A DNA stretch of 64,000 nucleotides from Ruditapes philippinarum (GCF_026571515.1 NW_026866837.1:1-64000), one strand, 5' to 3'; shown: positions 22,346-37,480, counted from the first letter of the stretch. Numbers and translations: made by a program. The notes: generated from the sequence alone by a model not told the origin.

Positions 22346-24796
22346 AACATTCCAAATCTGAATGCTGAAATCTAAAAGATGATATTGTATTATAAAATAT
22401 TTAAGTATCATATTTGATAATAAACGTCGAAATGATTATATTTGGATGTTCTTGGTAAGTGTAAGATACATGATCCGATATTATATATCTTTATATAACA
22501 GATACCGGACAGTAGTAAATTGTTCTCGAATAAAATATTATTATTCATCATATAAATGACCATACTAAACTACTAAGAACTTTATCAACATTTTTTAAAA
22601 GAAATATCTTATAAGAATATCTAAATAGCGAAGAGAGATAATTTGGAAGAATTTAAAATACTACCGGAAAGTTTGCCTCCCTTGAAACGCCTAAAATAAA
22701 AATTCACATGGGGGCAGCTTACGCAAATCAAAGCACAGAAGGCGCTGAATTTGTTTGGGTCTCGGTGAAGGTTGTGAGATTATAAACCAATTTGTTTTTG
22801 TATAGTGCCACCAGTGCTTTCCAGCGTTTTAATTGTAGTTAATTGGCTTTAAGACTAATTGCAACACTGATATTTAATTCAATGTTTATTTGACTTAAAC
22901 AATTTGAAAAAAAAGAGTTGCCTTCCTGGATTTGAACTCCAGACCCCTCGGCCACGGTGAAGTTATATGTAAAAGGCCTGAAGAAAACCATATTATTCTA
23001 AATTAGGGTTTGTAACCCTTATTATTTCGACGCTAACTGTTGTTTAACACAGATGTTAATAATCATGGAGCTTATTATAAGCATGTATATCTATAAAGGA
23101 TAAAACAATATTAGAAATCTTCGACCATTCGGGAATTATTTTGCTTGAAAATTAATGCGCCTGTCATTTGACCATCTTTACGCAGTGATCTCCCCTGAAT
23201 TTTTTCGGCGTTAGTGTACATATAAAGGGAAGTAACCGCTTCAAAAAAGCGGCCTACTTTCGGCATTTGCAATTAACAGCATCATACTCTGAAATTTCGC
23301 TACCATTATTTGTTTGGTCTGACGACCCAAACAAATAAAAACTATTACAATAAGCTATGAAAAAATGCCATATTGTTTCCAATTTAACGTGTCGTCTGCT
23401 AGAGAGATGTCATACCTTTTAAAAATGGAATAGTACATGTACATGTCGGAGGGAAAATACAATGTCGCCGTACGTAATAAAAAACACATAAATTGTATCT
23501 AAAATGAGTTATGTAATACTTTTATTGTCTGTATACAACATATTAAAATTAGTTAGTATTAAATACTATATTATATCTGTGTTTAAAAATAGTCTAGCTC
23601 CGTGAATGAATTATATTTTAGAAATTTAAAAAAAAATACCTAGAATGAATCTCGCTGTTACAGTAAGCAGACATTATTCCAAAAGGATCCGTCAATGATT
23701 CTTTCATATCCCGTTGTTTGCTTGTCGTCTGCAATTATTTTGATCGTCTGCTACTGCTGGCATATAGGTTGTCGCGTGCTCGTCTTTGAGAACCGTGAAA
23801 ATTCACCAACTGCTTGATGGTTTCTCGTTTGTAGTGAGCAAATGTTTTTGCTTAGGTTTTAAGTATCCAAAAGAGATACGTCTGTCTATGCTGAAAGCGT
23901 AAACTTGATCGCGTACTTGTTATACAAAGGTTTAATGTGGAATAATGCCAAATGAATCTTTCAATGTCAACAGACAGTATACCGGAAGTAAACGGTATCC
24001 ATAACAATTGTCGTCTGCTGATTTTTTTTTGTATTTCTCCATGATGGAAACTTTTCTGCAGGTAAGTTAACATTATTGTTTGAACATTTGACAGGCACGC
24101 AAATATAAAATTTATAGATTAAGTCTATCCAGTGCATGAAAGGGTGTATTCCTTTAAATGGCAGAGACAATGTTGGCGTTCGTGAATGCACGTGCATAGT
24201 GGCTCTTGAATATCTTACATGCAGATGTCTCTCTTTTATGATCATTGACATGTCTTTTGTAACTATACGTCACAACTCGGGCTTAAATTTGACACATTCA
24301 AATGGTTTCGGATCTGGACATGTCAATGCATTGCTAGCAGTTGAAATATGGCGAAAATTGTCGTTTGCTTTTTTGGCGTAGCATATCATCATGTGCTAAA
24401 GATATTGTTTGAATATATTCTTGCAGGTGACTTCTGCTGGAAACATGTAAGCCATATCCAATAATGGCACGTTTCCGGCTTTTACATTTAATAGTTGCTG
24501 GTCTAACACCAAAAACTGTAAAACCCCTCGCGTTGCACACCATCTCCCCTTTCGGAATATTTGATGTAGACTTTCGGTTTTTCTACATGTCTAAGGAAAG
24601 CGTCTACACTGTTGCAAAACTCGTAATATGAACGGGTTCGTTTCACCGCATGCTTTCTAGCTTTTTAATTAACTTAACAAGTTATCTACCTTACGTGCCA
24701 TGTTTCCTTCATCGACTCTTACGGATTTCTTTACAATTAATTTCCCTTTCCTCTTCGGCCCGACGCTCCAGCTTTCTGTTTTTCTAGAACGCTGAT

Positions 24797-25056
24797 GGGG
24801 CGTCCGTGGCCGAGTGGTTAAGGTCGTTGACTTCAAACCACTTGCCCCTCACCGCTGTGGGTTCGAATCCCGACAGGGACTTTGGATTCTTTCATGTGAG
24901 GAAGCTATCCAGCTAGCTTACGGAACGTCGGTGGTTCTACTCAGGTGCCCGTTCGTGCCTGAAATAATGCACGGAAGGGCACCTGAGGTCTTCCTCCACC
25001 AGTAAAGCTGGAACGTCGCGATATGACCTATACTGTGTCGATGTGACATAAAACCA
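24797..25056 (+). mobile_element. tRNA-derived SINE, full length
   Basis: A box TGGCCGAGTGG, B box GGTTCGAATCC, followed by about 180 bp of non-tRNA body; a diverged inverted copy lies at about 57680-57955. Confidence 0.85.
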
Positions 25057-25365
25057 TAGGAACATCACTTCCGGAACATCACCCACCTCCTGAAAAAAAA
25101 TGTGATAAAATTGATAGAAAGTTGTAAAACTGTATAAAAATATGTCCAAACATCCAAATATAATTAGTTAACCTGATTTACAATAGTGCAATAAATTTTC
25201 CTATTTTCAAAATATTTTTAAAAATGACCTTGGAGTTCTGTAACAAAAATTTAGCTGTGCATACCACAGGTTAGTCTTGTGAATAAAGGTCAAATTATCA
25301 TAAAATAATCTCCCTTTGATCAACAAGAACAAAATTACTATCCAGCATTCATTATACTATATATA

Positions 25366-25966
25366 CACCTGGAAATAAGTTAAGCACACCCGGCATTTTG
25401 CCTCAATTTGGACAAGATGACAATTGAAATTTTAAATTTTATTTGGGCGATGGTGGTTTGTAGTCAACCTGCACCATCTAGAACAAGCTCTGCACCAAGA
25501 ATGGCAAAATTTACCTCAATATCGCATTAGACGCCTTTCTGGTAGTATGAGGAGAAGGATTGAGGCTATCATCCAGGAACATGGCGGTTACACACGTTAT
25601 TAAAAATTTGGCTACATAATGTCATTTTAAGTTATATAATCAACAAAATTTACCAAAAATATCCACCAGTAAATGTTTTGTTAATGCTCTAACATCATGC
25701 TCATAAACACTTACATTTTCGGTAAAAAGAACCAACACATTTGCTTATGCTTCAATAATTTAGTTAAGAATAAACTAAACTCATAAACTTACTGGTTTAT
25801 GATTACTATAACTCATAAATTTACTGGTTTATGATTACTAAATTGGTATCACTAGTTATCAAATTACTGTTTCCTAGCTCAATCAAGTCATCATCTCATG
25901 ACAGTGCTTTCAATCACATTTAAAATTTCCGGGTAGTGCTTATTTATTATAACTTATTTCCAGGTG
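25366..25966 (+). mobile_element. Non-autonomous Tc1/mariner deletion derivative
   Basis: TA|CACCTGGAAATAAGTT ... AACTTATTTCCAGGTG|TA. Internal 25469-25603 encodes a transposase C-terminus LEQALHQEWQNLPQ..IRRLSGSMRRRIEAIIQEHGGYTRY*. Confidence 0.88.
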
Positions 25967-27895
25967 TATATAATATACATGTATACACATGAATTTTCCT
26001 TTCAATTTTGAATGCCTTAGATTTATGAACCCCAGTCAACAATATCAATAAACCTTTGAAACTTTCTTTAAACTGATGTAAATCAGTGAACATAAAGTGT
26101 TAAGAGATAAATGCATTAATTTATTTTCACAAAAAAACCCCAGAAAAATACAAACATGTTGAACATTTTCCTGATTTTGCCCTCAAATTCTGAATAGTGT
26201 TGTAATATTTCCCATTATACATGTAAATGTATCAATTAAGAAATACTGATATTATGAGAGAATAATTATAGTCTGCATATATGCTGCCAGTCACTTCAAA
26301 TTCTGTCAGTTATTCTTATTAACTGATTGATATTGATATGTCACAGCCTGACAGGGGCTCAAACACCTAGCCAACCCTTGGAACACTGTTCTTCAAAAGG
26401 AGGCCGGTATTTTACCCCTATCAATTAGGAGAAAGTCACAAACTCTTATTATTAAACCAGGGTTTGAGCCTTAAGTGCAGACAATATTAACTTGATGTTC
26501 AGGAATACAAGGGAAAATACAACATTGTTTTACATTTTATAACCTTTAATTTCATTTGCAATAGTAGTGCCATTTAAGCTCTTAAATTGTTTATTTAGAT
26601 ATAATTTTGGTAAAGATCCCAGTAGTACCTATAGTATTAAAAGTCATGACAGGTCTTTAAAGTAACATGCATTTCCTATTCCCTTCTGACATTAAACTGA
26701 AGATATCATCAAAACTCTATTTATTGCAATGTTTCACCATCATATATCTATCTATCTATCTATCACTTAAAACAGGTGTTTATGGGGACCCAGTTTGTTT
26801 ACTTTAGTCCTTTTTTTTACTTTTTGACACCTGTTTATTTCATATAATTTGTAAGTTGTATCTCTAGTAAAGTCCATAGAAGAGCCAAATTAATCTATAG
26901 ATATTCCCTATAAATTAAATCAATAAGGATCATGTTTTTACTTAAATAACCAAATTCATTAAGATTCTCCTAAAAATAGAAAATATTTAGTGAAATAACC
27001 CTAATTTAATAAGATTAGGCTTAATAAATCCCAAAAATAACCAAAACAGTTATAAAAATCCATACAATTGTATGATGATTATTAACAAACATATTTAAGG
27101 GTCCAAACCAAACAATCCCTATGAAATTCTATGAACTTGTATAAAAGTTATATAATGATTATCCTATATAGCCTAACAATTTCAATCCAACAATAAATGA
27201 GGTAATTTTACCCTAATTTAACTTCTCCTACAAGAAAAGGTCTATAGTTTATTAATTTGATATAATAATATCTATTAACAACAATATTTAACTGACTTGG
27301 AGAAGAAAACCCCATCAAATTCTATCGGAAACTAAATAAGTTATGACATAATCAATTATAATGGCCATTTATAGTCCAAGGGAGAGAACTATGAAAATGG
27401 ACCTCGCACTGATTTTTCAGCATGCAAATAAAATTAACTGAATAAGTAGTTCTATACACACAAGATATATCCAATATAATTGAATACAACTTATAAGAGT
27501 TTAAAAGAGTTAATCTAACCAATTACAACATAAGATTCTTTAATAATATAGGAAAAAAAGAAACTTTTATAGCCAATAAATGAAAATACCACTAAATAGC
27601 AGGAGTTATCTGCTCTCCCCTTTATAACAAATACATATATGACTTATATGGCACTATGATATGTTTTAAACTTAGTTAGTGTAAATATAATCATATGAAA
27701 AGTGCTGTGATAGGTCTACAATGTTAATAAATTCTAGGAAATTTGTCCTTAAACTACTTTATTTAATGATTATTCACTCCTTAAATGACACTTATAACAT
27801 GTCAGAAGAGAAATAAAACATAAAATGATAAATGTTGAACCCTAATATAAATTATTTGTTTACCTGGGTGCCAGACCATACTTTAAACCTTAAAT

Positions 27896-28051
27896 ATTTG
27901 AGCCGCGTCATGACAAAACCAACATAGAGTGTTTGCAACCAGCATGGATCCAGACAAGCCTGCGCATCCGTGCAGTCCGATCAGGATCAATGCTGTTCGC
28001 CATCAGTATCTCTACTTGTTATAGGGTTTGTAAGGGAACAGCATGGATCTT
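27896..28051. mobile_element. MITE family A, truncated copy
   Basis: Left arm and centre only. Confidence 0.8.
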
Positions 28052-31000
28052 GAATATACACAATTTAGAAATTTATTATCATTCTTTCAACAATATAGCA
28101 CCAGTATAAATTACAAAATATTATGCATCAATATGCATTTTAAAAAAATCCACGTCGAACTGAAGCTGATGAAAATGTTACTTATTAATCAGACTTGTTT
28201 ATTCCAAATACATGATTTACTTTTAAAAGCATTTTAGGTCAATAAAAATACGGATGTTCCATACTTATCTATTGACACATTGTTGCTCGGATTCACTTAA
28301 CAGTATAAATTTATTCCGCTAAGTGGAAACGAATATTAAATCATAGTAACATATCTGCTATGAACAAAATTATGAAAAACCATGAACACGTAGATAGATA
28401 TTCATAAAGTTTTTTAAACAACTGACCAATAAATAATATGTCTGAACCAGTACTTTTAATATTAGATAGAACACACAAAATCTTTTCCAGTTTTTTTTTA
28501 GGTTTTATTGTTTTCTGACTGTAGCTTCAAATAGTCAAATAACATTGTGACTTTAACAAGAATATTTAAATAAAGACACCCATCTATTAGAATATGTAAC
28601 AGCTAGATTAATGTGAGTGTTTCATAGTGTGAATTGACATTCTGTATTTCGTTTGTCTTTTTGGTTCATTCTGCGCAAAGTTGGTCTGACAACCCAAACA
28701 AAAATGATAGACTCTCTATGTCTGTATAAAATGTGTAACAATTGTCCATAAAAGATATAACACTGTATCAGGGAGGATGTAAAGGTATTTCTGTATTGAA
28801 AATGCCAGGTATTGTAGACCTAATTAACAAACGAAATATTCTCTCTAACATATTAACATACTCCTGGCATAAAAATGCTGAATACATTTAATATATGCAC
28901 ATTATTTTGGTGAAAAAAAAATACGGAATTCCACAAATTTGATTGGCCTATTGTGCGCGAAGTTGGATGGGACACTAAAATTGCTGTGCCACAGCTTTTC
29001 AAAACCTTATTCAGATTGAAGATTAGAAAGAAAAGAAAACCTTAAATATGTAAGGATGATATACAATAAGCAACACCACTGATCAGAACTGGTTAACTAG
29101 AACTTGTCTAAAACGTATATTTTAAGACTATCTTTTATGGACAATGTCACAAACTAAGTATTGTGATGTCAATACTCCCATTTAGTATATACTCTTATAA
29201 ATACTATAAAGTTAGATTAACTGTAAGGCATAAATTTGATACTTAAGCCCTTGTTTTGCTGCTGGAATCGACTGTGATTACCCTTTGGCACGTTGACACC
29301 AGTATAAAGCCAGGCCAGCCTGCACATTCATGCAACGGTTCTGGGGAAAAGTCCTGCAGCTTGATTTGACCTCTACAATCACTTGTGAGTGAGATCAAAA
29401 TCAAAATATGTTTGCAAACCCTGCTGAAGATCAGTTTTATTGGGGTACAAACATTATATCCAAAACATGGCAACGTCACTTTCCATGTATAGGCCACTGA
29501 AGCTTTCAAAAGTTATAGTATCAAAATAACTCCTTTTTATATCACTTATGCCAGAGACATAGATCTAGATCTCCACTTATGTTAAAGAAATGATGTTTAT
29601 CTTTAAGTTTAGCCGTGCATTTTCACATTTCTTCATATACTTTATGAATATTCTGAATCGAAAGAATTTTATCTTGCAATCTATAGAAAGTAAAACTCAT
29701 TAAAAGACAAGATAATACAGTAGACTATATTTTTATTGACAGAATACATGTATAGTTTATTGACAATATAATAATGCAAACATAAACAAGCCAGACAAAG
29801 AACATGAACTTTAACATGTAAAGAACAAATATATAAGATAAACAAACAGAAGATTTCATTAAGCGCCATTACTTTGTAATCCTACATTATTTTCTAACAT
29901 CTCAAAGCTAGCACAGGTATGCAGTACTTCAAAAAATCACTTATGTAAGTTACAAAAGTCAACATTTCAATGATTATAGATTTGATTTAAGTTTTTGCAA
30001 CAACAAAAAAAAAAAAAGACACAAAAAGCTTTGGGGCATTCATGGAAGTTGCTAGTATACATAACATGTAAAGGGCAATAATCTAAAACGACTTAATGAT
30101 ATTAATCCTCTAAGAGTTGCCCCCCTTATAACAAGACAAATACCAAGATTGCAGGCTTGACTGAATAATTTACAAAATATTGAAATAACTGCAAGCTATC
30201 TGTCTGAATCAATTATAAAACAAAAGAAGGCTTACTGGTACATTTGTTTACTTTCAATGACCCTCTAATGATGAAATCATAAATATACATATATTTAATG
30301 AACATATCTTTACTTAATTTCAAAACACTTCCAACAGTAATTTAAGGGTTCATGATAAAAAGTAATAAAATCAAGTAAATAAAGTAAAAAAAAGTCTGTT
30401 CAGACTGTAAGGATCAGCAGGCTGACAGGACTCTTATACTGGTTGCAGACAAGTCAATATAATTGATATCATTAACAGAGTTCATAAAAATATGTTATGT
30501 TTTCAGTTGAATACCTTATTAAAAATATAACATCATTATCTTAACCGGGCAGAAGGAAGATAAATGATGACAAAAGTTACTATATTTAACTCAAGTTTAT
30601 CAAAATATTGTCCATATATCTATATAAAAGTTTGTATTATTAAATAATTGTTAATTGTTTTCACAATGTAATATTGTGATACATACATGTGAGTCAGTGA
30701 ATTTAAACAATTGTACAGGTACATTGCAAACTTGTACAACATAGTGTCGTACGAAGAAAATTTTTGTTGAATTTTTTGTAGCATTTGTTTTATAAGTTTA
30801 CAACATCTATAGTAATTTACATAAATGTAAGTTTACATTGTCAATATAACAGTATACTGCGTAAAATATGATAACATATTATTATTATTATTATATCATT
30901 ATTAAAATATTTCAGCTGATAAGATATAAAATATTCAGCTTATTAAGTATGATTAATAAACAAAGAATTTCAATTAAACTTGTAACTAAAATTAGTAGTG

Positions 31001-33202
31001 CATCTAATCACAAGTCAAATTCTTTTCATTATCGCTTACATTACATTTCATAAAATGCCTAATGTACTTGTACCATGCTTGGACTTTGGAAACATGGTTT
31101 AAAATTCAAAATCACCCTAGAGTTATGCACTTACCAGCAATATGTATCAAGGAGAAACCATGGTCAAATGTTATGCCATTGACTTAGATTCAAGTGTGCA
31201 TTTGACATGTTTTTTTTTGCATTTTTATGAGCTCGGATTATGCAACAAACCAATAATTAAATTCCACTGCCTTGTATTCGGATAATTCCATTTTCATTTT
31301 TTTTATAAATAAAACCTTATATTCAGAAAACGGTAATTTAATATAAAATATCACAAGAATATCACCACCAGACCAAAAGCAACACAAAAGCATTACTTAT
31401 GTAGAGACTATACAATTATATTGACGGTTGACAGTAAAACTACAGTAACTTATATGAAATAAGGAAGGACTAACAAAAGTTTTGTGATCAACCCTTGATA
31501 TTTTATTTTCTTCACTTACAAGATTACCATCTTAGTTAAAAGGTAGATACAAATTGTATACTGTAAGCACTTGTGGCTGACAGGTGATCTGGCTGATTGA
31601 CAATAAACAGGAGTGAATCAATGTGGTAATTAAATTAATGAAGATATGCCAAAAAATCCTGCCTGATTTAATGCATTGATACTTGATTACTATATGCTTT
31701 TATTTTCCACAAAAATACATGTACTTACATTTCTATAACTATATTATTGTTAACTCTTATTTTTCACAAAAAAAACAAGATTTTTCAATTAATAATATAA
31801 ATCATGTACATTTTTACTTTGGCATGATAAACACATCTGTATCAATTCAAGTCATATTATTTTGATTGAAAGGTGACCAGGCCGAACAATACTCTGATAC
31901 ACTGTATACAAAAATGGTTGAAACAATAAACAATGGTAAACATTTACAGTGGATTATATATAATTTATAAACAAAGATAATTGTAAAATCCTGATCTACA
32001 AACATATTGTTTACAGTATGTATGACAAATTCTGTCAGTTAAACATAAACATGTCTGTCAAAGATTAATTTGTAACCTAAGATATTATCATTCTTTTACC
32101 TGTCTTTACTTAATATACCTTTCAAGAAAATAAGAGCCTGGTTAATGGATATTAAGCAGACTATTTCAACATGATCTGAAGACGTGACTTTTTAACGGTT
32201 TTTATTTCAACTAAAATTGAAACAAAAATATACTTCTTTGTCAATATTTTAATATTTAGATCTCTGCATAAATTGAAGTGAACAGGCACAGAGATTGGGT
32301 CTTAAGACATTTATGGAATGTGTCTACTTCAAGGAAAAACAACATTTTATGCCAGTGTTTCTAATACTGCTTGATATATAATTCTCACATTTATAAGTAC
32401 ATAAATTCAACAAGTTAAAATTTCACTTTTCAAAAAGTCAAATTAATGATTACATATTCAAAACATATTTACTTTAAAGGGTGAAACTTCTGTTTTTTCA
32501 TAATCACATAACTAAATAAACATCATTTACAGACCAAGAAATGTTCCTCATAACTGACAAAAAATTATTTTGCAGACCAAGAAAGCTGTTTTGATTCTGC
32601 AACTGGTTATAAGTATAAACAACACAAAACTGTTGATACTCTGTTAACATAGAGAACCAGTTACTTCAGTGTTGTTTTAAATCCTTAAGCAACACTCTGG
32701 TAAAGATATTTAAAGCCGAAATATATCCAAGTACCAAAATATATACTCTTTTACTTAGCAGATTTTTACAAAATCGTTAGCATGTACACATACCTAAATC
32801 TCTCACAATTATGTGTACATGTACATGTATTTCCAGGGTTGTTTACAAAACTGCAGTAACTTATATGAAATAAAGAAGGATTCACAACAATTTTGCATCC
32901 AGCCCTCGATTTGGTTTACGTTTCTCTGATACTATATACATTTGAACAAGCAATACATATATTCATAAATCTGATGAAACATGCATTTCAAACTTGTAAA
33001 CAGATGTTGTTATCCATCTTTTCATTGTTTACACAGTCAGTGGCTTTTGTCTACAACACCAGGAAATTTTATTCATTCAGTATACTTCATGTATATACTT
33101 AATTAAATAAACAAGGCAGTAAAATCATTATTTTTCATTAGATATACAAAACTACAACAGCTTTCACTAATATAAACAATTTTTTATATACTTGAAAAAA
33201 AA

Positions 33203-35199
33203 ACTAGAACTATCACTAAATGTGATTAATACCCCCACAAGTCTGCTTCGGAAATGAGGATGTTACTAGTAACAGAATACCTTGTAATAGAATTGAAACA
33301 TAGAGTTATGGTTGTGGGCAATTAAAGATAATTGTGGTTCATGTATGTTGCATTTCCTTTCAATGTGGTTGGCCATTGATGAAGTTTAATTGAATTACTC
33401 TGTAATAAGTCCAGAAAGACAAAGAAAAAGAACAAAGGGCAATAACTCTATAAATACTGAAGATAGAGTTATAGTTCTTGTGCACTGCACTTCCTTTTAT
33501 TTTTCTTGACCATTGTATGAAGTTGTTTTGAATTTCAACCAGTATGTTTTAAGTTATGCTCCAGACAAGGAAAAGTATCAAAGGCAGTAACTCTGTATTT
33601 TGTCAAAATGGAGTTATGGCTCTTGTGCACTGCACTTCCTTTTAATGTCCTTGACAACTGTATGAAGTTGTACTGAATTCCAAACAGTAGTTTTCAAGTT
33701 ATGCTCTCGACAAGGAAAAGTAACAAAGGGCAGTAACTCTGTAATTAGTCAAGATGGAGTTATGGTTCTTGTGCACTGCACTTCCCCTTATTGTGCTTGA
33801 CCATTGTATGAAGTTGTTTTGAATTTCAACCGGTAGTTTTCAAGTCATGCTCTGGACAAGGAAAAGTAACAAAGGGCAGTAACTCTGTAATTAGTCAAGA
33901 TGGAGTTATGGTTCTTATGCACTGCACTTCCTCTCAATGTGCTTGACCATTGTATGAAGTTATAATGAATTCCAATAATAAGTCTTCAAGTTATGGTCCG
34001 GACAAAAGAAAGCAATGGAAAAGTAACAAAGGGCAATAACTCTGTAATTAGTCAAGATGGAGTTATGGTTCTTTTGCACTGCACTTCCCCTTATTGTGCT
34101 TTGCCATTGTATGAAGTTGTTTTGAATTCCAACCAGTAGTTTTAAAGTCATGCTCTGGACAAGGAAAAGAAACAAAGGGCAGTAATTCTGTAATAAGTCA
34201 AAATGGAGTTATGGTTCTTGTGCACTGCACTTCCTCTCAATGTGCTGGACCATTGTATGAAGTTATAATGAATTGCAACAATTAGTCTTCAAGTTATGGT
34301 CCGGACAAAAGAAAGCAATGGAAAAGTAATAAAGGGCAATAACTCTGTAATTACTTTAGATAGAGTTATGGTTCTTATGCACTGCACTTCCTCTTAATGT
34401 GCTTGACCATTGTATGTAGTTATATTGAATTCCAACCATTAGTCTTCAAGTTATGGTCCGGACAAAAAAAGAAGGCAATGGAAAAGCAACAAAGGGCAAT
34501 AACTCTGTAATTACTTTAGATAGAGTTATGGTTCTTGTGCACTGCACTTCCCCTTATTGTGCTTGACAATTGTATGAAGTTGTTTTGAATTCCAACCAGT
34601 AGTTTTCAAGTTATGCCATGGACAAGGAAAAGTAACAAAGGGCAATAACTCTGTAATTAGTCAAGATAGAGTTGTGTTTCTTACGCACTGCACTTCCTCT
34701 CAATGTGCTTGACCATTGTATGTAGTTATATTGAATTCCAACCATTAGTCTTCAAGTTATGCTCCGGACAAGGAAAATGCAACGGACAAAAAAAAAGCAA
34801 TGGAAAAGCAACAAAGGGCAATAACTCTGTAATTACTTTAGATAGAGTTATGGTTCTTGTGCACTGCACTTCCCCTTATTGTGTTTGACAATTGTATGAA
34901 GTTGTTTTGAATTCCAACCAGTAGTTTTCAAGTTATGCCCCGGACAAGTAAAAGTAACAAAGGGCAATAACTCTGTAATTACTTTAGATAGAATTATGGT
35001 TCTTATGCACTGCACTTCCTCTCAATGTGCTTGACCATTGTATGTAGTTATTTTGAATTCCAACCATTAGTTTTCAAGTTATGCTCCGGACAAAGAAAAT
35101 GCAAGGACGTCTGGACCGACCGACTGACCAACCAACCGACCGACCACTGGGTGACTCCTATATACCCCCCCCCCCCCAAACTTTGTTTTTGGGGGTATA
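33203..35199. mobile_element. HINE/DINE-like (Helentron-associated) element with internal tandem array (146/158-bp units, about 11 copies)
   Basis: Starts AAACTAGA. Array anchored by AAAGGGCAATAACTCT...GTTCTTGTGCACTGCACTTCC, then a (GACC)n microsatellite and terminal hairpin TATACCCCC...GGGGGTATA. Confidence 0.8.
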
Positions 35200-36745
35200 A
35201 ATAGAAAAAGGAAAAAAAAAAAACTTAATTCTTAAAACTACCCCCACCTTCTCACTGTTACTGTTCATTTCATATATTAACTGTAGATTACAATTTTGGA
35301 TACTACCCTGTGTAACATACTTTGAATACCTATAACACTGTTATATTCTTTACTTTGCCTCACTAGAGCTACCTTGAATTTAATAATGTATGTACCTCAT
35401 ATAACATACATTAAAGCTGTAACATTAATGTATCATAAATAGATAGCAGAATAACCCTGCAGACACTTTATTCACTATCATTAATTTCTCACATTGAACA
35501 CAATGAAATGAGCAAACTATTTTTCTTTTAACATTTACCCTACTATATTAGTTAGAATGGACTTGGGTCTGACGTTACAAAAAATACTATAAGCTAAAAC
35601 TCAGAACACAAATCACTGATTGGTCAGAAACTGTGACAAAATGTACATTGACCAATGAAAATCCTGAGATTTGAAAGAGAATTCAGAAACAAGTTTTATA
35701 AACTCAAGGCTTCATCTGGTTGCTGTCAAATCCATTGCTAATATAAGGGATTTCATGATTTGGATGTCAAAACTAGGTAGCCAATGGTCAAGAGTATAAG
35801 AAAAGAACAGAACAGAACACGAATGTGCTTGATGGTCTTCCTCTATACTAGAAGTAAAGACAAGTTGACCGTTCAATTTTCATTAACACTAAAGATAATA
35901 TCGCGAATGAACATAATTTCATATCACAAAAAAAAAAGAAAAAAAAAAAAGAGCAAAATACAAAAACAGGATACTTTATAAAGTAAATAGCGAGACTAAA
36001 AACATACATGTAGCAGCAGTGTATATGGTTATATACATGTACAGAATTTTTGCATAATACAACTCAATAAATAAATATTGCAATAATAGACACTGCATCA
36101 ATGATACATTATGGCAAGAGTTTACAAGTATAATTTTGTCAATTAGTTAATTAATACATGTACACTCATTTAATATCATTAATTAATTTCTGTTTGGAAA
36201 AAAATTCATTTTATTTCAGTTTCTAAACACACATTATAAATTCATAACTTCAGCTTACTTAGTATGATATTTATATATATGACTGCTATCATTATAAAGA
36301 TTTGGGTCAACATTTTATAAAAATATATCCAGAAAATTGATAACAATTAATTGACCTTGAACTTTGTAACATATTATTATCACCTTAGTGCAGTAACAGG
36401 TTAACTCTTATCCGATTTAATAGGAGTTAACCTGTTACTGCACTAAGATGATATCATGCTAAATTCTCTATCATTGCAGGGACTCCCCTTGATATCATAA
36501 TTTTATGATAATTCAGAAATAACAGTACAGTATTGTAAGAAAGTAGTAATCATTTTATATATTATTATGGTATATATGTACGTCAACATTACTTTTATTA
36601 TGCCAAGTATCTCACATATAATTATAATTAGCACATAGCCACTATAAAATAGTCAGTACATATATTTACATATTTGGTGTTTATTATTTGGTGTATCAAA
36701 GCATAAAACTGTTGACTCTGTGAAAAATTACGACCTTGCCATATA

Positions 36746-36987
36746 ATATGAGCCTTGTCATGACAAAACTAACGTAAGGGTTTGCGACCAGCATGGACCC
36801 AGACAAGCCTGCACATCCCTGCAGTCTGATCAGGATCCATGCTGTTCGCTATCAGTTTCGCTACATGTAATGGAGTTTGAAAGCGAACAGCATGGATCTT
36901 GATCAGACTGCGCGGATGCGCAGACTGGTCTGGATCCATGCTGGTCGCAAACACATTACGTTGGTTTTGTCGTGACGCGGCTCAAAT
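36746..36987. mobile_element. Palindromic MITE family A
   Basis: Same termini and core as 3847-4076. Confidence 0.9.
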
Positions 36988-37480
36988 ATAATCAATCCCA
37001 TCCTTGCTGAATTTTTCATATGGACATGATCAGCTTCCATTTTTTTTTAAATTTTATAATCAACTTTGGATATACGAGTATCAAGAATTTTTTTTAAAGT
37101 AATCCAGCCAACAGTATAGAGCCTATAGTTTGACTGTATTGATGTAAAGGTTGGCGTGGCTCTATACTGGTGGCAAAGGCTGATCACTTTTGGTTTTCAG
37201 GAAGGCTGGCTATATAATATTCAAGTTATAAAATAAAACATTCGTAATAGAAACACTCTGGAAATAGATAGTAATAGAAACAAAAATTAATCAGAACAAA
37301 TTAATAATACAAATTCATTTTTATATGATATTGGCGTCCAAATTATATTTCTCTTACTAGAAAAAGTTTCTTACAACTCAAACAAATAATTTTAACAAAA
37401 AAAATATCAATAATGACTATCATAATTATGAGCATGCATATCCCAAGGATTTTTCTAGTTTGCTTGAAACATTGAGAGAA

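Noticed and set aside
24797-24882. tRNA-Ser/Leu-like gene
   Set aside because: A and B boxes are present but the acceptor stem is poor, it continues into a SINE body, and a diverged copy exists at 57.7-57.9 kb.
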